Origin: Crocinitomicaceae bacterium
Lineage (GTDB): Bacteria; Bacteroidota; Bacteroidia; Flavobacteriales_D; Crocinitomicaceae
Reading direction: 5' to 3'
Assembly: GCA_044375095.1 (NCBI GenBank)
Contig: JBILNH010000001.1
Span: 1-60,435 of the forward strand
DNA length: 60,435 nucleotides
Shown here: positions 28,376 through 35,769 of the stretch, piece by piece
Position numbering within the stretch: the stretch's first letter is position 1
How the letters are laid out: each line of letters starts with the position of its first letter
Made by a program: the position numbers and the translations under genes
Notes under the pieces: generated by a model
Seen by the model: only the letters and a program-made list of their open reading frames with translations
What the model was told of the DNA's origin: nothing
The model's database searches: none

Positions 28376-29401
28376 ATGGGATTATTTAGCTTTTTAACGC
28401 AAGAAATTGCGATCGATTTAGGTACAGCTAACACCTTGATCATTCAGAATGACAAAGTGGTGGTAGATGAACCATCGATTGTTGCAAAAGACATACAAAC
28501 CGGAAAGATTGTTGCGATCGGTAAAAAAGCGCAGCAAATGCACGGTAAAACGCATAAACTTATTGAAACTATCCGTCCATTAAAAGATGGTGTAATTGCC
28601 GATTTCCAAAGTGCGGAACAAATGATTCGCGGGATGATTAAGATGATCAATCCTGGTCGTAGTTTGTTCAATCCAACGCTTCGCATGGTGATTTGTATTC
28701 CTTCTGGAATTACCGAAGTAGAAAAACGTGCGGTGCGCGATTCTGCGGAACATGCAGGAGCAAAAGAAGTGTACCTTATTCATGAACCTATGGCAGCGGC
28801 AATTGGTATCGGAATCGATGTGGAGGAACCAATGGGGAACATGATCATCGATATCGGTGGTGGAACCTCTGAAATTGCGGTTATTGCATTAGGTGGAATC
28901 GTTTGTGATAAATCGATTCGTATTGCAGGTGACGATTTCACGGATGATATTGAAGATTACATGCGCCGTCAACACAACATTCTTGTCGGTGAACGTACAG
29001 CTGAACAGATTAAAATTGAAGTTGGTGCCGCCTTACCAGAGTTAGACAATCCACCGGAAGATTTTGCTGTTCGTGGCCGCGATTTAATGACCGGAATTCC
29101 GAAAGAAATTGTGATTTCGTATACTGAAGTCGCACACGCATTAGACAAAACCATTTCGAAAATAGAAGAAGCGATTTTGAGTGCATTGGAGATGACGCCA
29201 CCTGAATTATCTGCTGATATTTACAAAACGGGAATTTACCTTGCAGGAGGAGGATCGATGTTGCGTGGATTAGACAAGCGTATTTCTGCGAAAACAAAAC
29301 TTCCTGTGCACATTGCTGAAGATCCGCTTCGCGCCGTGGCAAGAGGAACGAGTATCGCATTGAAAAACATCGATAAGTTCCAGTTCCTTATCCGCGATTA
29401 A
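28376..29401 (+). CDS. mreB: Rod shape-determining actin homologue MreB
   Basis: The sequence includes IAIDLGTANTLI...DIGGGTSEIAVI...LAGGGSMLRGL. The protein is 341 aa. Confidence 0.95.
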   Translation: MGLFSFLTQEIAIDLGTANTLIIQNDKVVVDEPSIVAKDIQTGKIVAIGKKAQQMHGKTHKLIETIRPLKDGVIADFQSAEQMIRGMIKMINPGRSLFNPTLRMVICIPSGITEVEKRAVRDSAEHAGAKEVYLIHEPMAAAIGIGIDVEEPMGNMIIDIGGGTSEIAVIALGGIVCDKSIRIAGDDFTDDIEDYMRRQHNILVGERTAEQIKIEVGAALPELDNPPEDFAVRGRDLMTGIPKEIVISYTEVAHALDKTISKIEEAILSALEMTPPELSADIYKTGIYLAGGGSMLRGLDKRISAKTKLPVHIAEDPLRAVARGTSIALKNIDKFQFLIRD

Positions 29402-29409
29402 TTCAGTTG

Positions 29410-29433
29410 AGGATAGTGGGTTATCCTTTTTTC
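29410..29433 (+). terminator. Weak rho-independent terminator after mreB
   Basis: AGGAUA-GUGGGU-UAUCCU (6-bp stem) followed by UUUUUUC. Confidence 0.4.
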
Positions 29434-29440
29434 TGCAAGA

Positions 29441-30148
29441 ATGATTATCAAACGTTTGAATGAAGATTCCTCCTGGTGGTGGGAAATCGATGGGAAGTCG
29501 TTCATTGTTGACCCATGGTTTTCACCTTCTCAGATTGATGTAGCACCATGGTTCAGTGAACAATTTCATGTAACTGATCAACCAGAAGTTAGCGAATTAG
29601 AACAGCCAGATTTTATCTTTGTTTCCCACCCCTTTACAGATCATTGCAACAAGGAGACATTGCTTCAGTTTTCATCTGATATTCCGCTAATTGCGCTACC
29701 TTCTATACAACGTAAAATCCGGAAATGGAACCATTTTACGACCTTTCTAACACCCGATGAAGCACCTGTTTCCATCTCCTATTTAAAGCCTAAATCACTT
29801 CTTGATTTGGTACATGGAGCGTTTGTCTTCAGAGATAGAAGTGGAAAATCACTAATATACTCCCCGCACGGATCTCAGTTCTCCAACCTGCCTAAAGCAG
29901 ACGTATTGATAACAACTACTATTCGTTATTACCTTCCGTTTTGGCTGGGTGGTACCGTGAATTTAGGTTGGGATGTTGCCATCAAAAACGCAGACTTATC
30001 TGAAGCAACTGCCGTTTTATCAACACACGATGAACCCAAGCGTGGCAAAGGATTGGTGGCGAAATTAGCGAGACGAACGGAACGAAATTCTACGTTCAAT
30101 GACCCACGTTTTATCCAGTTAGCGTGTGGTGAATCTTTTATAGGATAA
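29441..30148 (+). CDS. Hypothetical protein, MBL-fold-like with a degenerate metal motif
   Basis: FIFVSHPFTDHCN aligns with the HxHxDH motif, with the second His replaced by Phe. A later STHDEP is present. The protein is 235 aa. Confidence 0.45.
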   Translation: MIIKRLNEDSSWWWEIDGKSFIVDPWFSPSQIDVAPWFSEQFHVTDQPEVSELEQPDFIFVSHPFTDHCNKETLLQFSSDIPLIALPSIQRKIRKWNHFTTFLTPDEAPVSISYLKPKSLLDLVHGAFVFRDRSGKSLIYSPHGSQFSNLPKADVLITTTIRYYLPFWLGGTVNLGWDVAIKNADLSEATAVLSTHDEPKRGKGLVAKLARRTERNSTFNDPRFIQLACGESFIG

Positions 30149-30439
30149 TCTTTTTTTAATTCTTTCCTGTTACTTTTTACCTCATCAACATTAGAGGGGC
30201 ATAAACAACCTGAAAAGGCTAGTTCAATTGTCTCACTAAAACGTTAATGCTATGAAAAAGTTAATCAACACGCAGAAAGACCTTGCTGAGAAGAAAAATC
30301 TCAATTGCGAGGATCACCCGAAATCCCTTTTTAACTCTTTAGGAGTATTCTAAACCAGCGCATTACCCAACCTGCATTCTACATCCATCAAACCTTTTAC
30401 ACAGTAAACAATAGAGTATTCACCCTTAATTTTTTAACG

Positions 30440-30814
30440 ATGAACAGATTAGTAACTAGCATGCTAATGGTAACGCTTAGCGCCATGACTTTAGCACAAG
30501 AAGTATATACTCGATACGAGAAACTTCCGGATTTAGAATGGGTAGAGGTAGGCCCAGAGCCAGGTCACCGCGTAATGAAAGGAAGGAATTTTGAGTTGAA
30601 TGCTTTCTTATACAATTTCATGGAGGATACACAAATGGATATTGTTCACCCCGATGAAGAGTTCTTAGATAAAAAATCTGGTGTCCCGGTAAAGATCTGG
30701 TATTACACGAGCAAAATAGGCTATGACATTCAAATGACCTTATTCCGAGACGAACCGAGAAGTGTAATTGTACAGCGTATATTGAACCCGGAAATAGTTG
30801 AACATGAAGAATGA
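30440..30814 (+). CDS. Hypothetical secreted protein (124 aa)
   Basis: It has a signal peptide ending TLAQ. I recognise no family. Confidence 0.45.
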   Translation: MNRLVTSMLMVTLSAMTLAQEVYTRYEKLPDLEWVEVGPEPGHRVMKGRNFELNAFLYNFMEDTQMDIVHPDEEFLDKKSGVPVKIWYYTSKIGYDIQMTLFRDEPRSVIVQRILNPEIVEHEE

Positions 30815-31016
30815 AAGTAGATAAAGCGAGCAGAGAACAGAGAAAGACTTGTCTTATTCCAGTTAACAAATAGACCGGTTTTAATTTGTGCTGTTAAAAC
30901 AAATACCATTTAAAAAAAAGACCGGTAAAGCAATGGTCATCAGGTAGACTATGCAAGAAAAGTTCAAACAATAGATTTACGCATTAATTTAATTAACCTT
31001 ACAAAAAACACAATAG

Positions 31017-31110
31017 TCGGAAATAAACCGATTATTGTGTTTTAAAATAGCATTAAATGATAAAAAATGTGTAGATAATCGGAAAATATCCGATATTTGT
31101 GTTTTAAAAT
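31017..31110 (+). promoter_or_regulatory. Two 32-bp direct repeats (27/32 identical) in the abiEi upstream region; candidate AbiEi operator
   Basis: The copies are 31017-31048 (TCGGAAATAAACCGATTATTGTGTTTTAAAAT) and 31079-31110 (TCGGAAAATATCCGATATTTGTGTTTTAAAAT). Each has an internal TCGG(A)-N5-7-(T)CCGA palindrome, and the second copy ends in the abiEi ATG. Confidence 0.55.
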
Positions 31111-31747
31111 GAATTTAAGAAGAAAAATAAAGTATTATACTGACGCACCGATTACGCATAATGTGTTGTTAGAGGCGCTTGGTTCATACCGAAGGCCCAA
31201 CGACAAGGTAAGTGAAATGATAAAAGGTGGGGAGTTGATTGCGCTGCGTCGTGGTTTGTATATTCCTGGACCAGAATTCGATTTACCTGTGCCGGAAGCT
31301 TTTGTAATTGCCAATCACTTGAGGGGTCCAAGTTATGTTTCGTTGGAAACAGCACTTTCGTATTGGGGATTCATTCCAGAACGCGTTCACGAAATAGCCT
31401 CAGTAACAATCAAGACCACAAAAGCATATAATACGCCAATTGGTCGGTTCAGCTTTCAACACCTCAATGTCCCTTATTATTCGTTTGGAATACGAATGGT
31501 TAGACTTACAGCACAACAAACGGCATTGATGGCGTCACCAGAAAAAGCGGTATGTGATAAAATTGTGTTGACTGCCGGGGTTCTTTTAAGAAGTATGGAT
31601 CAAACACTTGATTTTCTGACAGAGGACTTACGCATTGATGAGGAACAATTGCGCACATTGAATACTGAGGCTATTCAAAGTTGGATAGAGGATGCTCCAA
31701 AAAAAAGCAGTTTGCAGATGCTTGTTAACACGCTCCAAAAACTATGA
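31109..31747 (+). CDS. abiEi: AbiEi-family antitoxin / transcriptional regulator (type IV TA, abortive infection)
   Basis: The N-terminus is MNLRRKIKYY...GELIALRRGLYIP (AbiEi_4-like wHTH). It has a 4-nt ATGA overlap with the downstream AbiEii gene. Confidence 0.75.
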   Translation: MNLRRKIKYYTDAPITHNVLLEALGSYRRPNDKVSEMIKGGELIALRRGLYIPGPEFDLPVPEAFVIANHLRGPSYVSLETALSYWGFIPERVHEIASVTIKTTKAYNTPIGRFSFQHLNVPYYSFGIRMVRLTAQQTALMASPEKAVCDKIVLTAGVLLRSMDQTLDFLTEDLRIDEEQLRTLNTEAIQSWIEDAPKKSSLQMLVNTLQKL

Positions 31748-32601
31748 TTAAAGAATGGATTGCCGAATATAATCCAAGTAATGAGGAAGAGACACTTGCT
31801 GCCATGCGTGAGATCATGCAGGAGATTGCGTTGGCTGCTTTGTCGCGGACTGATTTCTTCAAAAAAGCTGCTTTTTATGGTGGTACCGCATTGCGCATTT
31901 TCCATGGACTCGATCGCTATTCGGAAGATCTGGATTTCTCCCTTTTAGAGAAAGACCCAACGTTCTCCTTGAACCCTTACTTCCAAGTGATTGCTGAAGA
32001 ATTTGAGTCGCTTGGTATACGTGTGAGTATAAGAGAGAAAGAAAAACGCGTTAAAACAGCGATCGAATCGGCATTCTTGAAATCAGAAACCATTTGGCAA
32101 GAATTGGTATTGGAGGACATCATTAAGCAGCACGGCATAACTTCTAATAAATCGATCAAAATAAAGATTGAAATTGATCGGGTACCACCGTTGGAGTTTG
32201 ACACGGAAGAAAAACTATTGGTTCGGCCTTTTTCCTTTTATGTCAACTGTTTCGATCTCTCCAGTTTATTTGCGGGTAAACTACATGCGCTGTTGTTTCG
32301 AAAATGGAAAAATCGGGTGAAGGGAAGGGATTGGTACGATATGGAATGGTACATTCGAAAAGGAGTTGCGTTGAACATGAACCATTTTCTACTTCGCGCC
32401 ATTGAAACAAATGACTGGAACGAAGATCACATAAGCGAAGCACAACTTCTAGACCTATTAAACCAGAAAATCAATTCGGTTTCTTTCAAGTCTGTGAAAG
32501 AAGATGTCCGAAAATTCATAAAAGATGATCAGCAATTGGAAATTTGGAGTGCGGATTATTTTACTGATTTGGTGGAGAGAATGAAGTTTTGTAGAGGGTA
32601 G
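31744..32601 (+). CDS. abiEii: AbiEii/AbiGii-family nucleotidyltransferase toxin
   Basis: The pol-beta-like NTase motifs are FYGGTALRIFHGLDRYSEDLDFSL and a later K..A...R....RDWYD. The protein is 285 aa. Confidence 0.8.
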   Translation: MIKEWIAEYNPSNEEETLAAMREIMQEIALAALSRTDFFKKAAFYGGTALRIFHGLDRYSEDLDFSLLEKDPTFSLNPYFQVIAEEFESLGIRVSIREKEKRVKTAIESAFLKSETIWQELVLEDIIKQHGITSNKSIKIKIEIDRVPPLEFDTEEKLLVRPFSFYVNCFDLSSLFAGKLHALLFRKWKNRVKGRDWYDMEWYIRKGVALNMNHFLLRAIETNDWNEDHISEAQLLDLLNQKINSVSFKSVKEDVRKFIKDDQQLEIWSADYFTDLVERMKFCRG

Positions 32602-32803
32602 GAAGCTGAGATTAGCACTTCGTTACTTTCATTCATTATTCCATCTGGAATTCAGTTGAGCTGATTAGCTATAAACACGTTTCGCTATATTCAAAAAAAA
32701 TAGTAGTATTGAGTGTTGATTGTGGAATAGAAGTTCCACTAAAAAAATACGGCGCAATCCGAAAAGCCATACGAGTAGGAGCACTATTTTAAGGACAAAC
32801 GAT

Positions 32804-33139
32804 ATGAAAAAATTCCTGATTTTAACGGCTATGCTTTTGGTATATAATGTATCAACGGCTCAAAAGATCTATTCAGTAGACTATGAAAATCAAGCAGATG
32901 TGAAGGTTTTTGTAGTTGACTACGAGAACCAGGCTGACTTAAAAGTCTACAAAGTGAAGTACGAAAACCAAGCTGGCAGTAACGACGGAAAATGGTTTTT
33001 CACTGAATATGCTAACCAGGCAAAAAAGAAAATCTACTTTGTAAAGTATGAAAATCAGGCAGATGTAAAGATTTACTTTGTGAACTATGAAAATCAGGCT
33101 GGTTGGAGAAATGCGTCTAAAAAGAGCTTTTTTTATTAA
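32804..33139 (+). CDS. Small secreted repeat protein, six (V/I)xY(E/A)NQA(D/G/K) units
   Basis: The start is placed at MKKFLILTAMLLVYNVSTAQ (signal peptide). The mature ~91 aa consists almost entirely of 12-13-aa repeats: KIYSVDYENQAD / VKVFVVDYENQAD / LKVYKVKYENQAG.. / FFTEYANQAKK / KIYFVKYENQAD / VKIYFVNYENQAG. Confidence 0.65.
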   Translation: MKKFLILTAMLLVYNVSTAQKIYSVDYENQADVKVFVVDYENQADLKVYKVKYENQAGSNDGKWFFTEYANQAKKKIYFVKYENQADVKIYFVNYENQAGWRNASKKSFFY

Positions 33140-33200
33140 GGTTAATTAGAACAACTATTTAGACAATTTCTAATAGAATTTTTTAAAAAATAAAATTCAT

Positions 33201-33230
33201 AAAAAAAGCCCCAAGAGATTGGGGCTTTTT
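33201..33230. terminator. Bidirectional rho-independent terminator between convergent genes
   Basis: A7-GCCCCAA-GAGA-TTGGGGC-T5, a perfect 7-bp stem flanked by an A-tract and a T-tract. Confidence 0.8.
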
Positions 33231-33233
33231 CGT

Positions 33234-35654
33234 TTACTGTTTAATCAACCGTTCAGTAAAGGTTCCTTTTTCAGTACTCACATTTACCAGGTAAATTCCT
33301 TGTGGTAATGTGGAAATATCGACTGTCGGATTTAAGGAAGTAGGTCTCAAATTTTTCCATTCTTTGCCTAACATGTCGTAAATCCTGATCTGTTCTATTC
33401 GTTCATTGGCTTTAATTGTAAAATTGTTTGAAGTAGGGTTCGGGTAAATTACACTCGAATTACCTAACTCCTCAATTCCTAAACTTGTATTGATATTGTA
33501 CGTAGTGTTCGTCACAATGGCCGGATTCCAATCAAAGTAAATGTGAGCCGTATTGAAGATCTCTTCACCTTCACCGTTGGTTACCAATTCTTTTATTCGG
33601 TAAACTATCATTCCGTGACTTTCTGGTTCGTTTGACGTTGAATCAGGTAACCAAATTTGTGGGAAATCGAATTTTCTAACGCCATTTCCTAAGTCAACTA
33701 CATTCATGTAATGACTAGCATAGATCAAGTCAAATGTCGACCAGTCTAAATTAGTTGAAAGTGTATCCAAAATGTGAACGTTCTGTGCTGGTGCTGTACC
33801 TGTATTTTGGAACCGAATCGTGTAGGTTAAATTATCCGTAATTACTGGACTCATTTGCTCCGCTTGATGCACTGTTTTGTCGTTTGGATCGTAACTGTTA
33901 CCTAAAATTTGAAGCAAACTTCCATCGTTATTCGCATAGTTGCAATCCGTATTCGATCCTGTAGCGGTGATGGTTGACGTGAAATAATGTTGTGCGCCAT
34001 TAATCAATCCAGATGGTAACGTAAATTGAATATAATCTGTAAACGTATAACCTGCAGCTGCATTTGTTAAATTCCAACTAATGGTATTGCCACTAATGGT
34101 ATAACCGGGAATACTGATTGAACTAACAACGGGTGTAACACCTACAGGATATGACAGCGATAAACCGTAAGTCGTTGCAGTACCAGGGCCGTAGTTTCCA
34201 AAATTCAATCGAATTGTTGCAGTGGTCCCCTGAAAATAACCAATCCATGGTGTTACAGTTGTCCATAAATCGTCACATGCATTCGATGTAGTTCCACCGC
34301 AGTTTACGGCAAACATACCAGGAGAAGGTGTTGTAGCTGGAATAGCTTGCAGGGTTATTAGGTTTGAATTCATTGTGTAACCATGTTGCGTCAACCAGTA
34401 CGGACTGATTTGAGCCGTAATTAAATTGTTTGTGAAGTAATTTCCGCATACGATTACCCAACCGTTTGAATCGGTGTAGGAAGTAATTGCGGGTGAATTA
34501 CCATTGTAAAAAGTGACAGGAGCATTTTGTAACAGGTTTTCACCATTGTCTAAAATGTTGTTTCCATTTGCATCGCAGTAAACGATGGCTGAGGCACACA
34601 AGGACTGACAAGAACTTCCGCAAATCAATGGGATGTTCGTTGTTGATGGCGTTCCACAAGTCGCACCGAGCACTGTAAACACCGTACTTTGAGCAGTGTA
34701 GTTATTTTGATTCAACCAGAGACCGTTTAAGCTAATCACCGTTGGACTTCCCACCGTTCCTGAGTAATTCAAGTTGTATTGACCATTCGAATTGGTATAG
34801 ACAAGATAGTTCGTGCCATTATTGTTGATGCTTACAGGAGCATTCGCAATGACATTCTCTCCTGTGTTTAAAATCCCATTCGAATTGGCATCGCAGAAAA
34901 GCGTTCCATTCACGCAGAGGTTGGTCGTGGCGTTGGCGCAATTGAGGATTAGATAAGCAGTATCCCCTCCGAAGGTTGAGTTTATAAATAGTTGTGAAGT
35001 GCTCGAAGAAGATAGAATATAGTTGTTCGCATTAAGCCAGGCAGTATCGACATACACATCGTAAATGCCAAGTGCCACATTCGACAAATAGGCACCACCA
35101 TTTGAAGTCATGATTTGCGTTGATCCCCCATTAATTGCATCGAAAACAACAGGAACATTCGATAGATACGAACTTTCAGGAACACCGTCATTGTTGCAAT
35201 CAAGACTAACATATGCACTTAGGTCTGCGCAAGATGAAATCAAATAATACAAGTTTGTACTGACAGTACTATTGTTTTGTGGATTGGTAAGTTGCAACGA
35301 AATAGGGTAGGTTCCAGCAGTATTATATGCATGATAAAGTGATGGTGTCCAGGTAATTGGTGCACCACTTACAGTCGTTGTTCCCATGTGTGTTGTGGTA
35401 GTTCCGTCACCCCAATTAATAATCAGTGTAAATTGCGACGGAGCAAAATTGGACCCATTCAACACAAGATTATACGTTGAACTGGTTGATGTGTTTGCCA
35501 ACGCACCAATTGAAATGGTTACATATGAATCACAATTTTGAGCAGTCGGTAAATTGGTCGTTAATCCACTCAATATAAATCCTGACTGCGCAGAAGTTAC
35601 GAATGAAGTAAGTGCACTTCCTAGAATAAGGACAAGAAGTTGGAATGTTTTCAT
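33234..35654 (-). CDS. Secreted multidomain T9SS type A cargo (PKD-like + 3 SdrD-B/Cna-B-like modules + DUF11-like module)
   Basis: The signal peptide is MKTFQLLVLILGSALTSFVTSAQ, and a WGDG PKD-like motif is present. Three D(A/C)N.NG..(D/N).GE...N(A/V)PV modules follow. It also contains SYDPNDK...YTIRFQNTGTAPAQNV and the C-terminal VIYPNPTSNNFTI...GIYLVNVSTEKGTFTERLIKQ. Confidence 0.8.
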   Translation of the reverse strand: MKTFQLLVLILGSALTSFVTSAQSGFILSGLTTNLPTAQNCDSYVTISIGALANTSTSSTYNLVLNGSNFAPSQFTLIINWGDGTTTTHMGTTTVSGAPITWTPSLYHAYNTAGTYPISLQLTNPQNNSTVSTNLYYLISSCADLSAYVSLDCNNDGVPESSYLSNVPVVFDAINGGSTQIMTSNGGAYLSNVALGIYDVYVDTAWLNANNYILSSSSTSQLFINSTFGGDTAYLILNCANATTNLCVNGTLFCDANSNGILNTGENVIANAPVSINNNGTNYLVYTNSNGQYNLNYSGTVGSPTVISLNGLWLNQNNYTAQSTVFTVLGATCGTPSTTNIPLICGSSCQSLCASAIVYCDANGNNILDNGENLLQNAPVTFYNGNSPAITSYTDSNGWVIVCGNYFTNNLITAQISPYWLTQHGYTMNSNLITLQAIPATTPSPGMFAVNCGGTTSNACDDLWTTVTPWIGYFQGTTATIRLNFGNYGPGTATTYGLSLSYPVGVTPVVSSISIPGYTISGNTISWNLTNAAAGYTFTDYIQFTLPSGLINGAQHYFTSTITATGSNTDCNYANNDGSLLQILGNSYDPNDKTVHQAEQMSPVITDNLTYTIRFQNTGTAPAQNVHILDTLSTNLDWSTFDLIYASHYMNVVDLGNGVRKFDFPQIWLPDSTSNEPESHGMIVYRIKELVTNGEGEEIFNTAHIYFDWNPAIVTNTTYNINTSLGIEELGNSSVIYPNPTSNNFTIKANERIEQIRIYDMLGKEWKNLRPTSLNPTVDISTLPQGIYLVNVSTEKGTFTERLIKQ

Positions 35655-35715
35655 ATACATACGATTAGTAGTTCATTCTACAGACGATAAGAAATCGCAA
35701 ATGGTTGTTTGGTAA

Positions 35716-35749
35716 ATAAAAAATCCGTGTAAAGCAGGTTTACACGGAT
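35716..35749 (-). terminator. Rho-independent terminator of gcvP
   Basis: On the minus strand: AUCCGUGUAAA-CCUGC-UUUACACGGAU (11-bp perfect stem) followed by UUUUUUAUUU. Confidence 0.8.
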
Positions 35750-35769
35750 GATATTGTAATTCTTTCTGA

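Noticed and set aside
30252-30353. A 33-codon ORF (MKKLINTQKDLAEKKNLNCEDHPKSLFNSLGVF) in the AT-rich spacer of the islet.
   Set aside because: It is too short, has no signal or hydrophobic segment, and cannot be supported from sequence alone. It is mentioned only as a candidate for ribosome-profiling checks.
30872-30925. A repeated AGACCGGT octamer (two copies ~46 bp apart) and a GTTTTAA-N9-TTAAAAC hairpin in the spacer before abiEi.
   Set aside because: These are short, AT-rich and unaccompanied by a T-tract or other structure, which is within chance expectation for this composition.
32720-32803. An N-terminal 28-aa extension of the YENQAD ORF (MWNRSSTKKIRRNPKSHTSRSTILRTND).
   Set aside because: The extension is basic and non-hydrophobic and precedes a perfect signal peptide that starts at MKKFLIL (32804). 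Similar upstream extensions were trimmed for scoA, mreC, hemL, icd, gcvP, the amidase, the aminotransferase, the response regulator and abiEi.
29402-33233. Integrase, transposase or IS elements that could explain the islet and the 20.8-22.2 kb cassette.
   Set aside because: I looked for them on both strands. No ORF of suitable size or motif (DDE, tyrosine or serine recombinase signatures) is present in or next to either region.
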